From Nitrososphaeraceae archaeon (GTDB taxonomy: Archaea; Thermoproteota; Nitrososphaeria; Nitrososphaerales; Nitrososphaeraceae): a stretch of 64,000 nucleotides of DNA. The notes beneath the pieces were generated by a model. That model saw nothing but the letters and a program-made list of their open reading frames with translations. It ran no database searches and had not been told where the DNA came from. Positions 1-11,191 of the stretch are shown here, in pieces. A program made the position numbers and the translations under genes. The stretch lies in the NCBI GenBank assembly GCA_016782225.1, contig JADDOW010000046.1, positions 3,710-67,709 on the forward strand. The letters are read 5' to 3'. Numbering within the stretch: the stretch's first letter is position 1; each line of letters starts with the position of its first letter.

Positions 1-589
1 TGTATGAGATTTCTGCATCAGCTATGGTTGTGCCACAATCGATGCAATAATTGTTGGGCCTGTCTCCCAAGTATATCAGATTCCTTTTCCACAATTCTAT
101 GAATGTTGACTGTGTTAGTGTTCTGAATTCTGTTGAATCTGTGTGATATTTTTCTTTAAAGTTTGCACTAATTCCTATGCTTTTTAAAATCTCTACAAAT
201 TCATTCTCTGTGTCATCCAGTGTGCTCTCACAAAGTTTTAGAAATTCTTTTCTATCCATATTCCTCATTCTAATTTTGTATTTTTTTTCCGTGTAGATCT
301 CTACAGGTATTCCATTTCTGTCTATTCCAATAGGAAAAATTACCTTAAACCCTCTGGATCTCGCAACCCGTGCTATCATGTCTATTTGGGAATAATGCGC
401 AGCTGCGCCAATATGCCATGGCTTTCCAGAAGGGTAAGGGGGTGGTGTATCTAAAATATAGTAATTTTCAATTCCCAGTTGATTATCGTTATCGTCATCG
501 ATTCCGTAGATGTTGTCTTCTTCCCATTGATTTAGAATTCTTTTCTCAATCTCAGAAGACCAAATCTTTTCTGCAATCTTGGTGTCCAA
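1..589 (-). CDS. valS: Valyl-tRNA synthetase, N-terminal part (runs off the window edge)
   Basis: Manual translation from TTG at 589: MDTKIAEKIW...ILDTPPPYPSGKPWHIGAAAHYSQIDMIAR...GIDRNGIPVE, a class I HIGH-type motif typical of archaeal ValRS. Confidence 0.9.
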   Translation of the reverse strand, partial: MDTKIAEKIWSSEIEKRILNQWEEDNIYGIDDDNDNQLGIENYYILDTPPPYPSGKPWHIGAAAHYSQIDMIARVARSRGFKVIFPIGIDRNGIPVEIYTEKKYKIRMRNMDRKEFLKLCESTLDDTENEFVEILKSIGISANFKEKYHTDSTEFRTLTQSTFIELWKRNLIYLGDRPNNYCIDCGTTIADAEISY

Positions 590-683
590 TTTTTAATTTG
601 TAATATCTTTTTTTAATTAGTTATTAACCTTCCTAGCTTATTCCGACAACTAAAAAACCTGGACTCCATTTAGTCCGTCCATC

Positions 684-1478
684 TCATGTTTTTTTTATGT
701 TTGATAATATGTGGGCCCCTTTGTTGACCCCTTCATAAATGTATACACCTATTGCCTGCACATTATCTGGCATTTTTTTTGAGAGCATTTTTATTATTTC
801 AGTGGAGAGATTTTCTACAGTTGCTTCTCCCTCTAGCAGATATGTCGTAGTTTTTGGGACTTTTAAATCAAAATAGCCTCTAGGTCCATCAAATTCAATA
901 AAAAGATGACTATCTTCCTCCTTCTTTAAATATTTTCTATTTATGAAAAACTTGTGATCAATTTGCATTAGTGCTTCCTTTATTATCTTTTTTGCTTCCG
1001 AAAAATCAATAACCAGGTTATCTTTCATTTCCCCTATTATTTCTATCATGATGGTTGAGGTATGTCCGTGAATTATGGAACATTTATCCACCAAAGGTAG
1101 GATGTGGGCATAATCAAATGATAGGGATGGATCTTCAATAAAAATTGACCCGATTTGTTTGCTTTGTTTGTCAAAGAAAAAAATACTCTCTAATTCGTTT
1201 ATTTTTCCTATAAAGGATGATTTTCCCACGGCAACCAGATCAATCAAAGGAAATTTTTCATTGATTTTTTTAAATTCTGCTAGATCCCCTTCATTGTCTA
1301 TTATCTTGATAAATTTGTCTCCTATTTTGAAATCTATGTTTGTGTTGGAGTTAACTATTGGTTCATTATATTGGTAATCTATTTCCAAAAAATCCAGTAA
1401 TTTCGACAAGGAATGTCCTGTTCTGTTTTTTATTAAATCCTTCTTACTATCGCTGATGTATTTTAAATCTTTGTCCAA
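684..1478 (-). CDS. 6-pyruvoyl-tetrahydropterin synthase/QueD-family protein with N-terminal extension
   Basis: FDYAHIL...CSIIHGHT, VIDFS and ATVENL motifs of the T-fold PTPS family. Confidence 0.8.
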   Translation of the reverse strand: MDKDLKYISDSKKDLIKNRTGHSLSKLLDFLEIDYQYNEPIVNSNTNIDFKIGDKFIKIIDNEGDLAEFKKINEKFPLIDLVAVGKSSFIGKINELESIFFFDKQSKQIGSIFIEDPSLSFDYAHILPLVDKCSIIHGHTSTIMIEIIGEMKDNLVIDFSEAKKIIKEALMQIDHKFFINRKYLKKEEDSHLFIEFDGPRGYFDLKVPKTTTYLLEGEATVENLSTEIIKMLSKKMPDNVQAIGVYIYEGVNKGAHILSNIKKT

Positions 1479-1552
1479 TCATTAAATAATATATCTGATC
1501 TCTATTAAATTATTACAAATATATTTTGAACATTTTACATTTCAAGACATAG

Positions 1553-2326
1553 ATGTCTTTGCATAAAGAATTGTGTGATTTTTTGTATTTGACAGTTAGG
1601 GATACAGTAAAGAATGAGGATAAAGTTGTCATAGCATTTTCTGGAGGGGTGGACAGCGCTTTACTGTCCAAGATTTGCATTGATTTAAAAAAGCAAATAT
1701 GTTTGGTAACGATTGGCTTTCCCTTTTCACATGATCTTTTGTTTTCAAAAAAGATATCTGTTCTGCTTCTTTCCGATTCCCATAGTCATATTGTATATGA
1801 GTTAAATGATGTGGATTTTACCGAGAGTATAAAATACGTCAAATCCAAAATATCCTGCAATTCCCTTTCGCATATAGAAAATTGCATTGCTTTTTTTGCT
1901 CTAAGTAAAGTCATTAGAGACAACAGCCTAGGGAATTTTTTTTTGACAGCTAATGGTTTAGATGAGTTATTCTGTGGATACGATAGATATAGATTTTTTT
2001 TTGGCAGCGGACATGATTCTATAATAAGATTCATGGAGGAAAAATTAATCAATGAATTTCACCTGATGAGCGAAATTTCCAAAGTCATTGGAAACAGCGG
2101 AATAAAATCCATTCAACCATTCCTGACCAGGGATTTTATTGATTTTGCAAAAAAAATTCCATTAGAATATAAAATTAAAGGTAGCAATGACTACTTGAGA
2201 AAACACATCATAAGGCAAATTGCGTTAGATATCGGCGTTCCAAAAGAATCTGCAATGTATCCAAAAAAAGCGCTGCAATACGGGTCTTTGATTCACAAAC
2301 ACCTAGTCAAAAAAAACCTATATTGA
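1553..2326 (+). CDS. Asparagine synthase C-terminal-like ATP pyrophosphatase
   Basis: AFSGGVDS PP-loop, GLDELFCGY, RKHIIR, KKALQYGS. Confidence 0.8.
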   Translation: MSLHKELCDFLYLTVRDTVKNEDKVVIAFSGGVDSALLSKICIDLKKQICLVTIGFPFSHDLLFSKKISVLLLSDSHSHIVYELNDVDFTESIKYVKSKISCNSLSHIENCIAFFALSKVIRDNSLGNFFLTANGLDELFCGYDRYRFFFGSGHDSIIRFMEEKLINEFHLMSEISKVIGNSGIKSIQPFLTRDFIDFAKKIPLEYKIKGSNDYLRKHIIRQIALDIGVPKESAMYPKKALQYGSLIHKHLVKKNLY

Positions 2327-2682
2327 AATAATAATTTAATTTGATTAATGGGCTTCAATATGGTTATAGGCAATAAATTATGTGCCTAACTTGTAAATGA
2401 GAATACAGGTATGAGCTTTGCATTATAAATCATCATATGCCTCTCTCCACGAGAAAATATACAAGAATATGAATAAAAAAACGGTTTTGATATGGTGTAA
2501 TATTGTTGTAATATATTAAAGTTACTACGCATATTTTTGTATTTATTTAGTATTTAGGGAGAATCAATTTATTTTTTTTAATATTATAAGCATAATGTTG
2601 CAATTTACAGTGTATCTTGATATTGTATGGTATTGTTTTCCAAAGAAAAGAGTTATAAATATCATCTAGTACAATCGTCGTA

Positions 2683-3789
2683 ATGAAGAATACCTTAGCC
2701 TTTATCGCTATATCTGCAATCCTGTTATCTGGGTTAGTTTACTTGCCCGGCATCAACATGGGCGCATATTCCCAAGAAGAGGATGCAGAGGACACAACTG
2801 GTTCACCAGTCACTGTTACATATGTAGCAGTTGAGAAAAACATTACATTACCAAGCGGAGATAATGTCCAAGCCATGACATGGAATGGTACAATTCCAGG
2901 CCCAACAGTTAGGGTAAACCAAGGTGATAATGTTACTGTCCAAATACAAAACCCGACAAATAATTCATTGATTCACAGCTATGACTCTCATGCTTCCACC
3001 GTTAGTGCAATTCCTAACTTTGGCCCAATCAAACCAGGCGAAAACAAGACCTTCTCATTCCTAGCAACCCAACCAGGTGCATTCAAAATTCATTGTGAAG
3101 GCAATGGTGTGTTATCTATGGATGAGCACGTATTCCAAGGCATGGTTGGTTTGATGCTTGTTGACCCAGAAGAAGGTTATGATGGTTATGAAACAGTAAG
3201 CGGTGTCAATGGATCAGTAATTGAAGTAGCTCCTGAAGCAAAGGAAGTCCAATTCCAATTCTCAGAGTATTACCTAAATGAAGACGGTTCCTATAACTCT
3301 AAAGCTATGTTTGAGCACAACAACACATCTGCATGGATAAATGGAAAACCATTTGGATATGAACCGGTAATCACTAAAACACCAAATGCAACAACATTGT
3401 TCTTTAAACAAGGAGATCACGTTAGATTCTTCTTGGTTAACCACGGTGATTGGCCAGTTAACTTCCACATGGTAGGTGAATTGTTGGATAGAGTAGTCGA
3501 TGGTAGCACAGTTCAAGGAATCGGAAAACAAACCTACACAGTAGGTGGCTCCAATGACGCTATTGTTGATATTGTGTTTGACCAACCAGGTGTATACGCT
3601 TTTGTCAATCATGACTATGCACAACTATTCAAAGGTCAAGTAGGCTTGGTTATTGTTGACCCAGTTGATGGCAATACCACAAGTGCATCACTTAACATAA
3701 CCGATACACGCAATCCATCCAATGCAATTCCACCACAAACAGGTCCAAATACTATACCAGTAGAAACTAAACCATACGAACTTCGATAA
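2683..3789 (+). CDS. nirK: Copper-containing nitrite reductase (NirK-like two-domain multicopper protein), secreted
   Basis: Signal peptide; HSYDSH, IHC...EH...GM, NFHMVGE and VNHD supply type-1/type-2 Cu ligands plus the catalytic Asp/His. Confidence 0.8.
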   Translation: MKNTLAFIAISAILLSGLVYLPGINMGAYSQEEDAEDTTGSPVTVTYVAVEKNITLPSGDNVQAMTWNGTIPGPTVRVNQGDNVTVQIQNPTNNSLIHSYDSHASTVSAIPNFGPIKPGENKTFSFLATQPGAFKIHCEGNGVLSMDEHVFQGMVGLMLVDPEEGYDGYETVSGVNGSVIEVAPEAKEVQFQFSEYYLNEDGSYNSKAMFEHNNTSAWINGKPFGYEPVITKTPNATTLFFKQGDHVRFFLVNHGDWPVNFHMVGELLDRVVDGSTVQGIGKQTYTVGGSNDAIVDIVFDQPGVYAFVNHDYAQLFKGQVGLVIVDPVDGNTTSASLNITDTRNPSNAIPPQTGPNTIPVETKPYELR

Positions 3790-3921
3790 ATACAAATAGT
3801 GGCCAAAAGCCATAAATTTTTTTTAATATTTATATAAAAAAACGAATTAAATAAAATTATTTATGATGAATATAAATTTTGCAGTCTTTAGAATAAAATA
3901 ATAAAATAGTAAATGAATTAA

Positions 3922-4215
3922 CTATTGCATCATTTGGATGAGTATTCTTTCTATGTTGTTTAACTTTAGCATAACATTTACATCTGTTTGATCTTGCCCA
4001 CCCAGTGTTTGATAGATTTCAAATATATTTGCTAGAGCTTCTTTTATCATTGTATTCTTCTTATCATCGGGCTTTTGCACTTTTGATATTGTGCTTTCTG
4101 TTATGTTTTCGATAGGGTCTAATTGTGCGGAGACAAATTGACCAACTGGGTTTTGTAAAATCCCTGTTGTAAAAACTACTATCAAAAATATTGATATTTT
4201 GGCTGGCTTATTCAT
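3922..4215 (-). CDS. Small secreted hypothetical protein
   Basis: ORF with signal-peptide-like N-terminus (…VSAQ). Confidence 0.55.
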   Translation of the reverse strand: MNKPAKISIFLIVVFTTGILQNPVGQFVSAQLDPIENITESTISKVQKPDDKKNTMIKEALANIFEIYQTLGGQDQTDVNVMLKLNNIERILIQMMQ

Positions 4216-4778
4216 ATATATGGTGCTTTTTCTTGTTATAAAAGTAATACTTTAATTAGTATTATAAAAAGGGTCACCATAAATCCTAACTAAAATTGTA
4301 AATGAATTATACTTGATTAAAATTGAGCTTTATTTGCGGTTATTATTTACTAGGAACACTATTTTTTTGTTGTTATTCTTCTACCTTTTTATTGTTGCCA
4401 AAATCATACCTAAATGCTTGCTGTTTCGCCATTATCTGCATCTCTCAATTTTTGTTCTAAATTTCCATCTTTACTTTGGATACCATTTCGTCAGTTCCCG
4501 ACAATACCGTGAATATAGATCGCAATAAATCATCTGTTGAATCTAGTCAATTCGTTTTGTTTCCATGAGAATCCTAGTATTTTTTAATCTGTTAGTTGGA
4601 AGTCGCCAAACAAAGATTATCGACTCCGTATTTGATGTGTTAGTGCTATAGTTGTAATACGGATGATGTTTACTTTTTTTTCTACAAAGGTTTTTGATGT
4701 TTATTAAAGTATTTGAGATAAAAATACACCTTAATATTATTATAAAAGCCAAAAATATGGTATTTTCTATAAATAACT

Positions 4779-5099
4779 ATGAGTTTTTATCTGCTATTTA
4801 TGATCGTATTTTCCATATCTATTTTAAGCGTTAGCGTTCCTATTTCATTCTCAACTGAGGACCCAGATAAAGGTTTGTCTTATACTGAAAAAAGCTGTGA
4901 TAATGAATCTTGTACAGTAACAACATGCTTTGAAAATAAAGAGTGCAGTATTGATGACTCAAATGACTCGCATACAAAAACTACAAGCTCCGGCGATAAA
5001 ATCCGCCAATTGTTTGGCGGTTCTGACTCTGAAGTTGACTCCGATTTGAAAAATATGGAATTTATGGATATCTTTAATGATTTCTTTGATTTTAACTAA
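4779..5099 (+). CDS. Small secreted Cys-containing hypothetical protein
   Basis: Hydrophobic N-terminus, CDNESCTVTTCFENKEC, acidic tail. Confidence 0.55.
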   Translation: MSFYLLFMIVFSISILSVSVPISFSTEDPDKGLSYTEKSCDNESCTVTTCFENKECSIDDSNDSHTKTTSSGDKIRQLFGGSDSEVDSDLKNMEFMDIFNDFFDFN

Positions 5100-5259
5100 C
5101 ATCCTATTTATTATTCGATAAACTTTAATATGATTAAACTACAGATAATTAACAAAAAAACAATATTTTATGATAATATTATAATCTTTAATAATCTAAT
5201 TTGAATTTATATACTTTATATGAAAAACTTTATAATCTACCAAAAACCTTCTGTGACCG

Positions 5260-6495
5260 TTGGCAATAGATACTGGTGATACAACATGGATGTTTCTCTC
5301 AACTGGGCTTGTCATGCTTATGATTGCTGGTTTAGGTTTTTTTGAAGCAGGATTGCTCAGGCTTAAAAATTCATTATCTGTAATAATGCAAACATTGACG
5401 GGGCTCGCATTACTGTCCACTTTGTGGTTCATCATTGGGTTTTCCCTAGTCTTTGCACCTGACGTTAGTGGTGTTATAGGGGATCTCTCATGGGTTTTCT
5501 TTGATAACGTTCCTTTTAGTGATTCAGTTAAATGGGCGCCCACAATACCTGGAGTTACTTTTGCGACATTTCAGATGATGTTTGCCGTGATAACGCCGTT
5601 ACTAATAACAGGTGCATTTGCTGAACGCATGCGATGGAGTGCTTTTTTTATATTTGTAATCGTATGGAGTTTGGTGATTTACTATCCACTAGCCCATTGG
5701 GTATGGGGAGGTGGTTGGCTATCTCAACTAGGGGTCTTTGATTTTGCGGGAGGTATAGTTATACATACTAGTGCTGGTTTGGCCTCGATAGCCGCGGCAT
5801 TGGTGCTAGGACGACGTAAAAATTACGGTCCCCAAATTATGGTGCCTCATAACATTCCCCTAGCTGCAATTGGTGGATCTATACTATGGTTTGGCTGGTT
5901 TGGGTTTAATGGGGGAAGCGCTTTAGCATCAGGTGCTCTTGCTGCTAATGCAATGTTGGTAACTCAAATAGGCGCCTCTACCTGTGCTATTACCTGGGTG
6001 CTAATTAGCTGGAAAAGAACTGGAAAGCCTACAGTTACCGCTGTGATAAACGGTGGGATTTGTGGTTTAGCCGGTGTTACCCCTGCTGCTGGATTTATTA
6101 GTGGTCAACACGGCTTTATTTTAGGTATTGTTTTAGGATTTGCATCATACTACGGTATTGTTTTATTGAAAGAGAGGTTAAAGATTGACGATGCTTTAGA
6201 TGTAGGTTCTATTCACGGCATTACTGGTATAGTGGGGAGCTTGGCTATAGGTATCTTTGCAAGCCAATCTATCAACCCTGCAGGCCCTGTCGGTTGGCTA
6301 TATAGTGGCAGCCCAATGCAGTTGATAATTCAAGGTGTTGGTGTTGGTGTTGCTGCACTTATGGCATTTGTTGGAACTATTGTAATAATGAAAATAATTG
6401 ACTATACTGTGGGATTGAAGGTAAATGAGGATGAAGAAGATCTTGGACTTGATATATCACAGCATGCGGAAGCAGGATATAGTGATAATAAATAA
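5260..6495 (+). CDS. amt: Ammonium transporter (Amt family)
   Basis: FQMMFA, DFAGGIVIH, WFGWFGFNGGS, DDALDVGSIHG; twin His conserved. Confidence 0.97.
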   Translation: MAIDTGDTTWMFLSTGLVMLMIAGLGFFEAGLLRLKNSLSVIMQTLTGLALLSTLWFIIGFSLVFAPDVSGVIGDLSWVFFDNVPFSDSVKWAPTIPGVTFATFQMMFAVITPLLITGAFAERMRWSAFFIFVIVWSLVIYYPLAHWVWGGGWLSQLGVFDFAGGIVIHTSAGLASIAAALVLGRRKNYGPQIMVPHNIPLAAIGGSILWFGWFGFNGGSALASGALAANAMLVTQIGASTCAITWVLISWKRTGKPTVTAVINGGICGLAGVTPAAGFISGQHGFILGIVLGFASYYGIVLLKERLKIDDALDVGSIHGITGIVGSLAIGIFASQSINPAGPVGWLYSGSPMQLIIQGVGVGVAALMAFVGTIVIMKIIDYTVGLKVNEDEEDLGLDISQHAEAGYSDNK

Positions 6496-6630
6496 TCTTT
6501 TTTATTTTTTTTATTAATTAGAAGATTATTTCTTTGCTTTCTTATTTTTTTTTGTATATGCTGATAATATAATATGTAATTGTCATAAAATTTTAACATA
6601 TTCTTTTTATAGTATGCTTTAAATTTTTAA

Positions 6631-7236
6631 TTGATGTCCATAAATTTATCATGGTATAATAAGAAATTGATTTTGATGTCTGCTACAATAATTGTCGGTT
6701 CTATCTTTTTGCTGGGAACAATTACATTAAGTAACATAAATGCCCAATCTACGGAGAGAGTCACAATTTCAATTGATTCAGCTACCTATGCGCCTTTGAC
6801 AAACGTTCCAGGTGCTAATCAGTTAAAGGTTATTGTAGCCTATCAAACTCTAGATCCGCAATTAATGAATACCAATATCAACGGGGTAATGAAAGTATAT
6901 GCAGAGAATGCATCACTAGTAAAAACATCTTCATTTCCAGCTGGTTTCTCTTTAACCGAATCTGGTAGAATTCAGTTTGCATCTTCTTTCATGGATCCTA
7001 ACATGCAACAGGTTAGAGCCGACATTCAATTAACGAATTTAAATAAAACTAGTGTAATATCTAATGCCTTGACTACTAATGTTACATTAGGAGGGACCAC
7101 TGATCCAGCAGCAGAAGAAGGGACCACTGATCCAGCCGCAGAAGAAGGGACCACTGATCCAGCCGCAGAAGAAGGGACCACTGATCCAGCAGCAGAAGAA
7201 GAGACCTTTGATCCAACAGCAGCCTTTTTCGAATAA
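6631..7236 (+). CDS. Secreted hypothetical protein with acidic GTTDPAAEE repeat tail
   Basis: Signal peptide; four tandem 9-aa repeats at the C-terminus. Confidence 0.75.
   Translation: MMSINLSWYNKKLILMSATIIVGSIFLLGTITLSNINAQSTERVTISIDSATYAPLTNVPGANQLKVIVAYQTLDPQLMNTNINGVMKVYAENASLVKTSSFPAGFSLTESGRIQFASSFMDPNMQQVRADIQLTNLNKTSVISNALTTNVTLGGTTDPAAEEGTTDPAAEEGTTDPAAEEGTTDPAAEEETFDPTAAFFE
7093..7200 (+). repeat. 27-bp coding tandem repeat, 4 copies
   Basis: gggaccactgatccagc(a/c)gcagaagaa x4. Confidence 0.9.
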
Positions 7237-7773
7237 ATCCCAATTATTTCCCTTTTTTTATAATAAATACATTAAAACAATAATTATGAAGTTCTTCTAT
7301 TGTAAAAAAATATTATTGTGGTTTTATATTCCACTATTACTTGCATTTGATTTGTAAACTATTATAAAAGATCTTACTGTAGGGTTCAAAATAACAAAGG
7401 TGTAACATCAACCAAAATACTTTTGATTGTGCTGTCATCTACTTTGATTGTGCTGCTCTAATGGTTGGAGTTACCCTCAAAGGTAGCAACAGGTTAAAAT
7501 GACAATATTGGTAAAAAAATTCCTTGGGTTTGCATTCAATCATTATGACGCAGATTTGGATTATACAAAATATATATGCATGAAGCGAGGGAGAAGGGAA
7601 AGATAAATGGAAATGTTAGGAAATTTGGAAAACCTTTATTCTTTGGGCGTAAATAATCAAATCTTATATGAGCGATAACCATATGAGTTAAATTGTCGAT
7701 TATGTGAGTTTTTATCATTCATTGGTATTTAAAACATATTGGCGTGTAATGTTTAAATATAGTTAAATAAAAA

Positions 7774-7787
7774 TTAGGTTTGCCTAA
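7774..7787. promoter_or_regulatory. Putative DtxR-family operator TTAGG-N4-CCTAA
   Basis: ttaggtttgcctaa just downstream of TATA-like tttaaata (about 7752) and upstream of the FTR1 permease. Confidence 0.65.
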
Positions 7788-7789
7788 TA

Positions 7790-10324
7790 ATGCTAAAGAA
7801 TTGTAGTTTAGAGAATAGAAATTCGATGTTTTTTTCTTCATTTGTTTTTGCTCCTATTGCCCGGTTTTCGATGAACAAAAATATTCTAAAGTTGTTTGGT
7901 GGCATTTTTATCCTGTTATTTGCTCTAAGCATATCTATTAACAATGATGGTTTTGTAAAAGGACAAGAAAATCTTGCCACGGAAAAAAAACCCATTTCAC
8001 TTTCAGGCGAAGACCTTTTAGTTTTAAATATTAACCTCCATAGGATAACCACTCAACTTGATATTGTTTTGGACAAAATAAACAGGGGAAACAATACTCT
8101 GCTGTTTGAGCATTCCTATATCCCTCACTCTGTAACTTTTCCAACAATAAAGAGCCTTGCTAATGCTGTGGATGAGAACAAATCTAAAACCTTGGAGAAT
8201 TTACTTACCGACATTCCACTACAACTCAGATCAGACCAAAATTCGTTGTTAGCTAAAAATGAGATAATAGAGGCTAAAAACATTATAAATGATTATCATT
8301 CCATGTTGAAAGATTCTTTACCAAAACAAGAGTATTTCATTGTCCAGTCCCAGACCCTGTCTTATTTGCTAAAAGACTCCAACATTTCATATCAAACCTT
8401 TAAAAACTCTTCAAATAACGTTGAAAATGATTTGGCAGACTATGCTGCGGTAGACTACGAAAATGCTATAGGCCTAGTAAATCAATCTAACTATATTTAT
8501 AACTCAATAAAACCCAATATAACAAGCGATAAAGCAAAAGAAATTGCCTTTTTTATTGCAAACCTAAATACCCTTTTGTTGTCAAAAAGCGACAATGTCG
8601 AAGAATATTCAAAATTAGTTGATGCTATAGAAAGGGATTTAAACGAATTTAATAATATTTTTGTTTCCACATCCAATCCTGCCAATGAGTCGTATCAGGT
8701 TTATTTCGATAATATCGATAGTTTATTGAATAGTGCGATCACATCCATCAAAAACGACAATGATTATAAAAGCGCAGACAAAAACGTGTCTTCTGCATAC
8801 TTGGATAATTACGAATATCTCGAAGCGCCTATAGAAAAAGCAAATTCTACACTGATGTTAGAGACTGAAGTAGATATGAGGGAGAATCTGCGAGATTTAA
8901 TTAAACAACAGTCTCCTCTTGTTGAGATTGAAAGCTTGGTTTCTAAGATAAAGAACAACCTAGAGACTTCAAAGAAACTGTTAGAATCAGGAGACAACAT
9001 GCAAATTGCCAACACTGTCAATTCCACCATCTCAAACTCCTCATCATCATTTGTTCCAAATACTGCTAATATTGATTCATTAAAACAAGGTTTTGGTGTT
9101 TATACCGGAGAGCGAAGATCCATGGGCAATGCAACTGACACATTTAAAGGTCAGGTGCGTAACGACATCGATACCATTAGGATAAAGTTAGATGAGGTGT
9201 CAAGGCATTATAGCCAAAATGATGTATCACAGGCCCTTTCCACAACCAGGTCTGCTTATCTTGACAGCTATGAAAACATCGAGATTCCGTTAAGGCCTAT
9301 AGATCCGGATTTTACTTTGGAAATGGAGATAAGATTTGCAGAGTTGCGCAACCTTATCAGTTCACAAGCTGAAGTTAATCAGGTTATATCTAAAATCGCT
9401 GAGATAAAAAATGGATTGGATGAATCAGAACGCCTTGTATCAGGCACGGGGGTTGTTGCGCCATCAATTGCATTTTCCTCCTCCTTTTCAATCATATTTA
9501 GGGAGGGTTTGGAGTCTGCTCTCATACTTGGAGCAATCTTAACCTACTTGGAAGCATCTAGAAATGACCGATTCAAAAAACATGTGTATTTGGGAATTTT
9601 GCTTGCTGTTGTATTGACTATGATAACATGGTTTGTTGCAGAGTTTCTGATAGATATCTCAGGCGCAGGTAGGGAATTGATAGAGGCTGTGGCTGGCATC
9701 TCTGCAGTAGCTGTTCTTTTTTGGGTTAGCTTTTGGGTGCTAAACAAAATTGAAACAAAGAAATGGATTGAATTTGTTAAGGCAAAGGTTTGGCAAGCTA
9801 CTGCCACTGGCAGCTTTATGGTTTTTGTCATGCTGTCCTTTTTTACTGTATATAGAGAAGGCTTTGAAACCATATTGTTTTACCAGGCATTAATTTCATA
9901 TGCAAAATACATGGAATTTTATGTGATGGCTGGACTTTTTCTTGGGTTAGCTGTAATAATTGGTGTGGTCTTTTTAATTCGCAAACTGGGAAAGAAACTA
10001 CCGTTAAGAGTTTTGTTTGGCTTTACGATGGGCGTGGGTGCGTTTATGTCCATAACCTTTATGGGTAACGCCATGCGAGAATTCCAGGAGCTTGGCTATG
10101 TTCCTACAACACATCTTTTTGGCATAATTCCACGCCTTGATATAAACATTGCAACAATGACCGGAATACATCCCACATTGGAAACTGTTTTAGCACAGGT
10201 TATTTTGCTGTCTGTGTACTTGATAGGCTCATTGTATATTCTTATAATTCAGCCAAGAAAGCAAAAGATAATAGCTGCCTCTAGAAAATCAATGAGGGAT
10301 GAAAGCAAAGGAAAATACACATAG
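7790..10324 (+). CDS. FTR1-family iron permease with large extracellular helical domain
   Basis: REGLE and REGFE motifs in the C-terminal TM domain; repeated AYLDNYEYLE/AYLDSYENIE motifs; the true start may be the ATG near 7871. Confidence 0.9.
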   Translation: MLKNCSLENRNSMFFSSFVFAPIARFSMNKNILKLFGGIFILLFALSISINNDGFVKGQENLATEKKPISLSGEDLLVLNINLHRITTQLDIVLDKINRGNNTLLFEHSYIPHSVTFPTIKSLANAVDENKSKTLENLLTDIPLQLRSDQNSLLAKNEIIEAKNIINDYHSMLKDSLPKQEYFIVQSQTLSYLLKDSNISYQTFKNSSNNVENDLADYAAVDYENAIGLVNQSNYIYNSIKPNITSDKAKEIAFFIANLNTLLLSKSDNVEEYSKLVDAIERDLNEFNNIFVSTSNPANESYQVYFDNIDSLLNSAITSIKNDNDYKSADKNVSSAYLDNYEYLEAPIEKANSTLMLETEVDMRENLRDLIKQQSPLVEIESLVSKIKNNLETSKKLLESGDNMQIANTVNSTISNSSSSFVPNTANIDSLKQGFGVYTGERRSMGNATDTFKGQVRNDIDTIRIKLDEVSRHYSQNDVSQALSTTRSAYLDSYENIEIPLRPIDPDFTLEMEIRFAELRNLISSQAEVNQVISKIAEIKNGLDESERLVSGTGVVAPSIAFSSSFSIIFREGLESALILGAILTYLEASRNDRFKKHVYLGILLAVVLTMITWFVAEFLIDISGAGRELIEAVAGISAVAVLFWVSFWVLNKIETKKWIEFVKAKVWQATATGSFMVFVMLSFFTVYREGFETILFYQALISYAKYMEFYVMAGLFLGLAVIIGVVFLIRKLGKKLPLRVLFGFTMGVGAFMSITFMGNAMREFQELGYVPTTHLFGIIPRLDINIATMTGIHPTLETVLAQVILLSVYLIGSLYILIIQPRKQKIIAASRKSMRDESKGKYT

Positions 10325-10417
10325 CGGAATTTTTTTTGCTAATCTATTATGACTTTTTGTGTAGTGGAGACATAAATTAATAAAGTAGTTATATTTGTTA
10401 ATTTAATACTCTCTTGT

Positions 10418-11071
10418 TTGATTGATTTCCAAGATATTTATTCTTTTTACAGTAGTTCTGGTTATATTGGCATATTAATAACTAGTTTTATTGGTAGTAT
10501 CCTTGTATTTATCCCTGTACCCTATTTCCCTATTTTAATTTCTTCTGCACTAAATAAAGACTTTGATCCACACCTCATTGCCTTAACTAGTGCTATTGGA
10601 GCAGTATTGGCTAAAATGATTATATTTATAGCAAGTTATTACGGGCGAAATATTTTGAGCAATAAAACCAAAACAAGAATGCAGCCTCTCCAAAATATTC
10701 TGACTAAATATGGGGGAATAGGCGCATTTGTCGCAGCGCTAACACCCATACCTGACGACTTGGTCTATATACCTTTGGGGCTGGCTAAATACAGCATTAA
10801 AAAATTTACCATTGTGACCTTCCTTGGAAAGTTTATTTTGGGGGAGATAATAGTTTGGGGAACGGTTTTTTTAGGCAGACCTATAATGGAAGAGGTTCTC
10901 TCTGTCTCTGACGCCAACAATCAATTTTCTATTATTGTAGTATCCGTATTGACTGTTGTTTTGTTGATTCTGGTGTTGTTTTTTACCTTTAAAGTGGATT
11001 GGAGCAAAATTATCGGCAGATGGTTTCCCTGGGCATTGGACAAAAATCTGGATGAAAAAAATAACAAATAG
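10418..11071 (+). CDS. DedA/VTT (SNARE-associated) membrane protein
   Basis: FIPVPY, ALTPIPDD, GLAKY, GKF motifs. Confidence 0.8.
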   Translation: MIDFQDIYSFYSSSGYIGILITSFIGSILVFIPVPYFPILISSALNKDFDPHLIALTSAIGAVLAKMIIFIASYYGRNILSNKTKTRMQPLQNILTKYGGIGAFVAALTPIPDDLVYIPLGLAKYSIKKFTIVTFLGKFILGEIIVWGTVFLGRPIMEEVLSVSDANNQFSIIVVSVLTVVLLILVLFFTFKVDWSKIIGRWFPWALDKNLDEKNNK

Positions 11072-11191
11072 GTACTAAAATCTACACACATAGTTGTATA
11101 TTTGTTTTAAAAAAATATACATATTATCTTTAATTATTTTTTTTATAATGCTTAATAACAAAAAATAAAACTTAAACATGATGCCATTAAA

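Noticed and set aside
7418..7457. Short direct repeat tact(t)ttgattgtgctg x2
   Set aside because: Only two copies with no context; probably a local duplication
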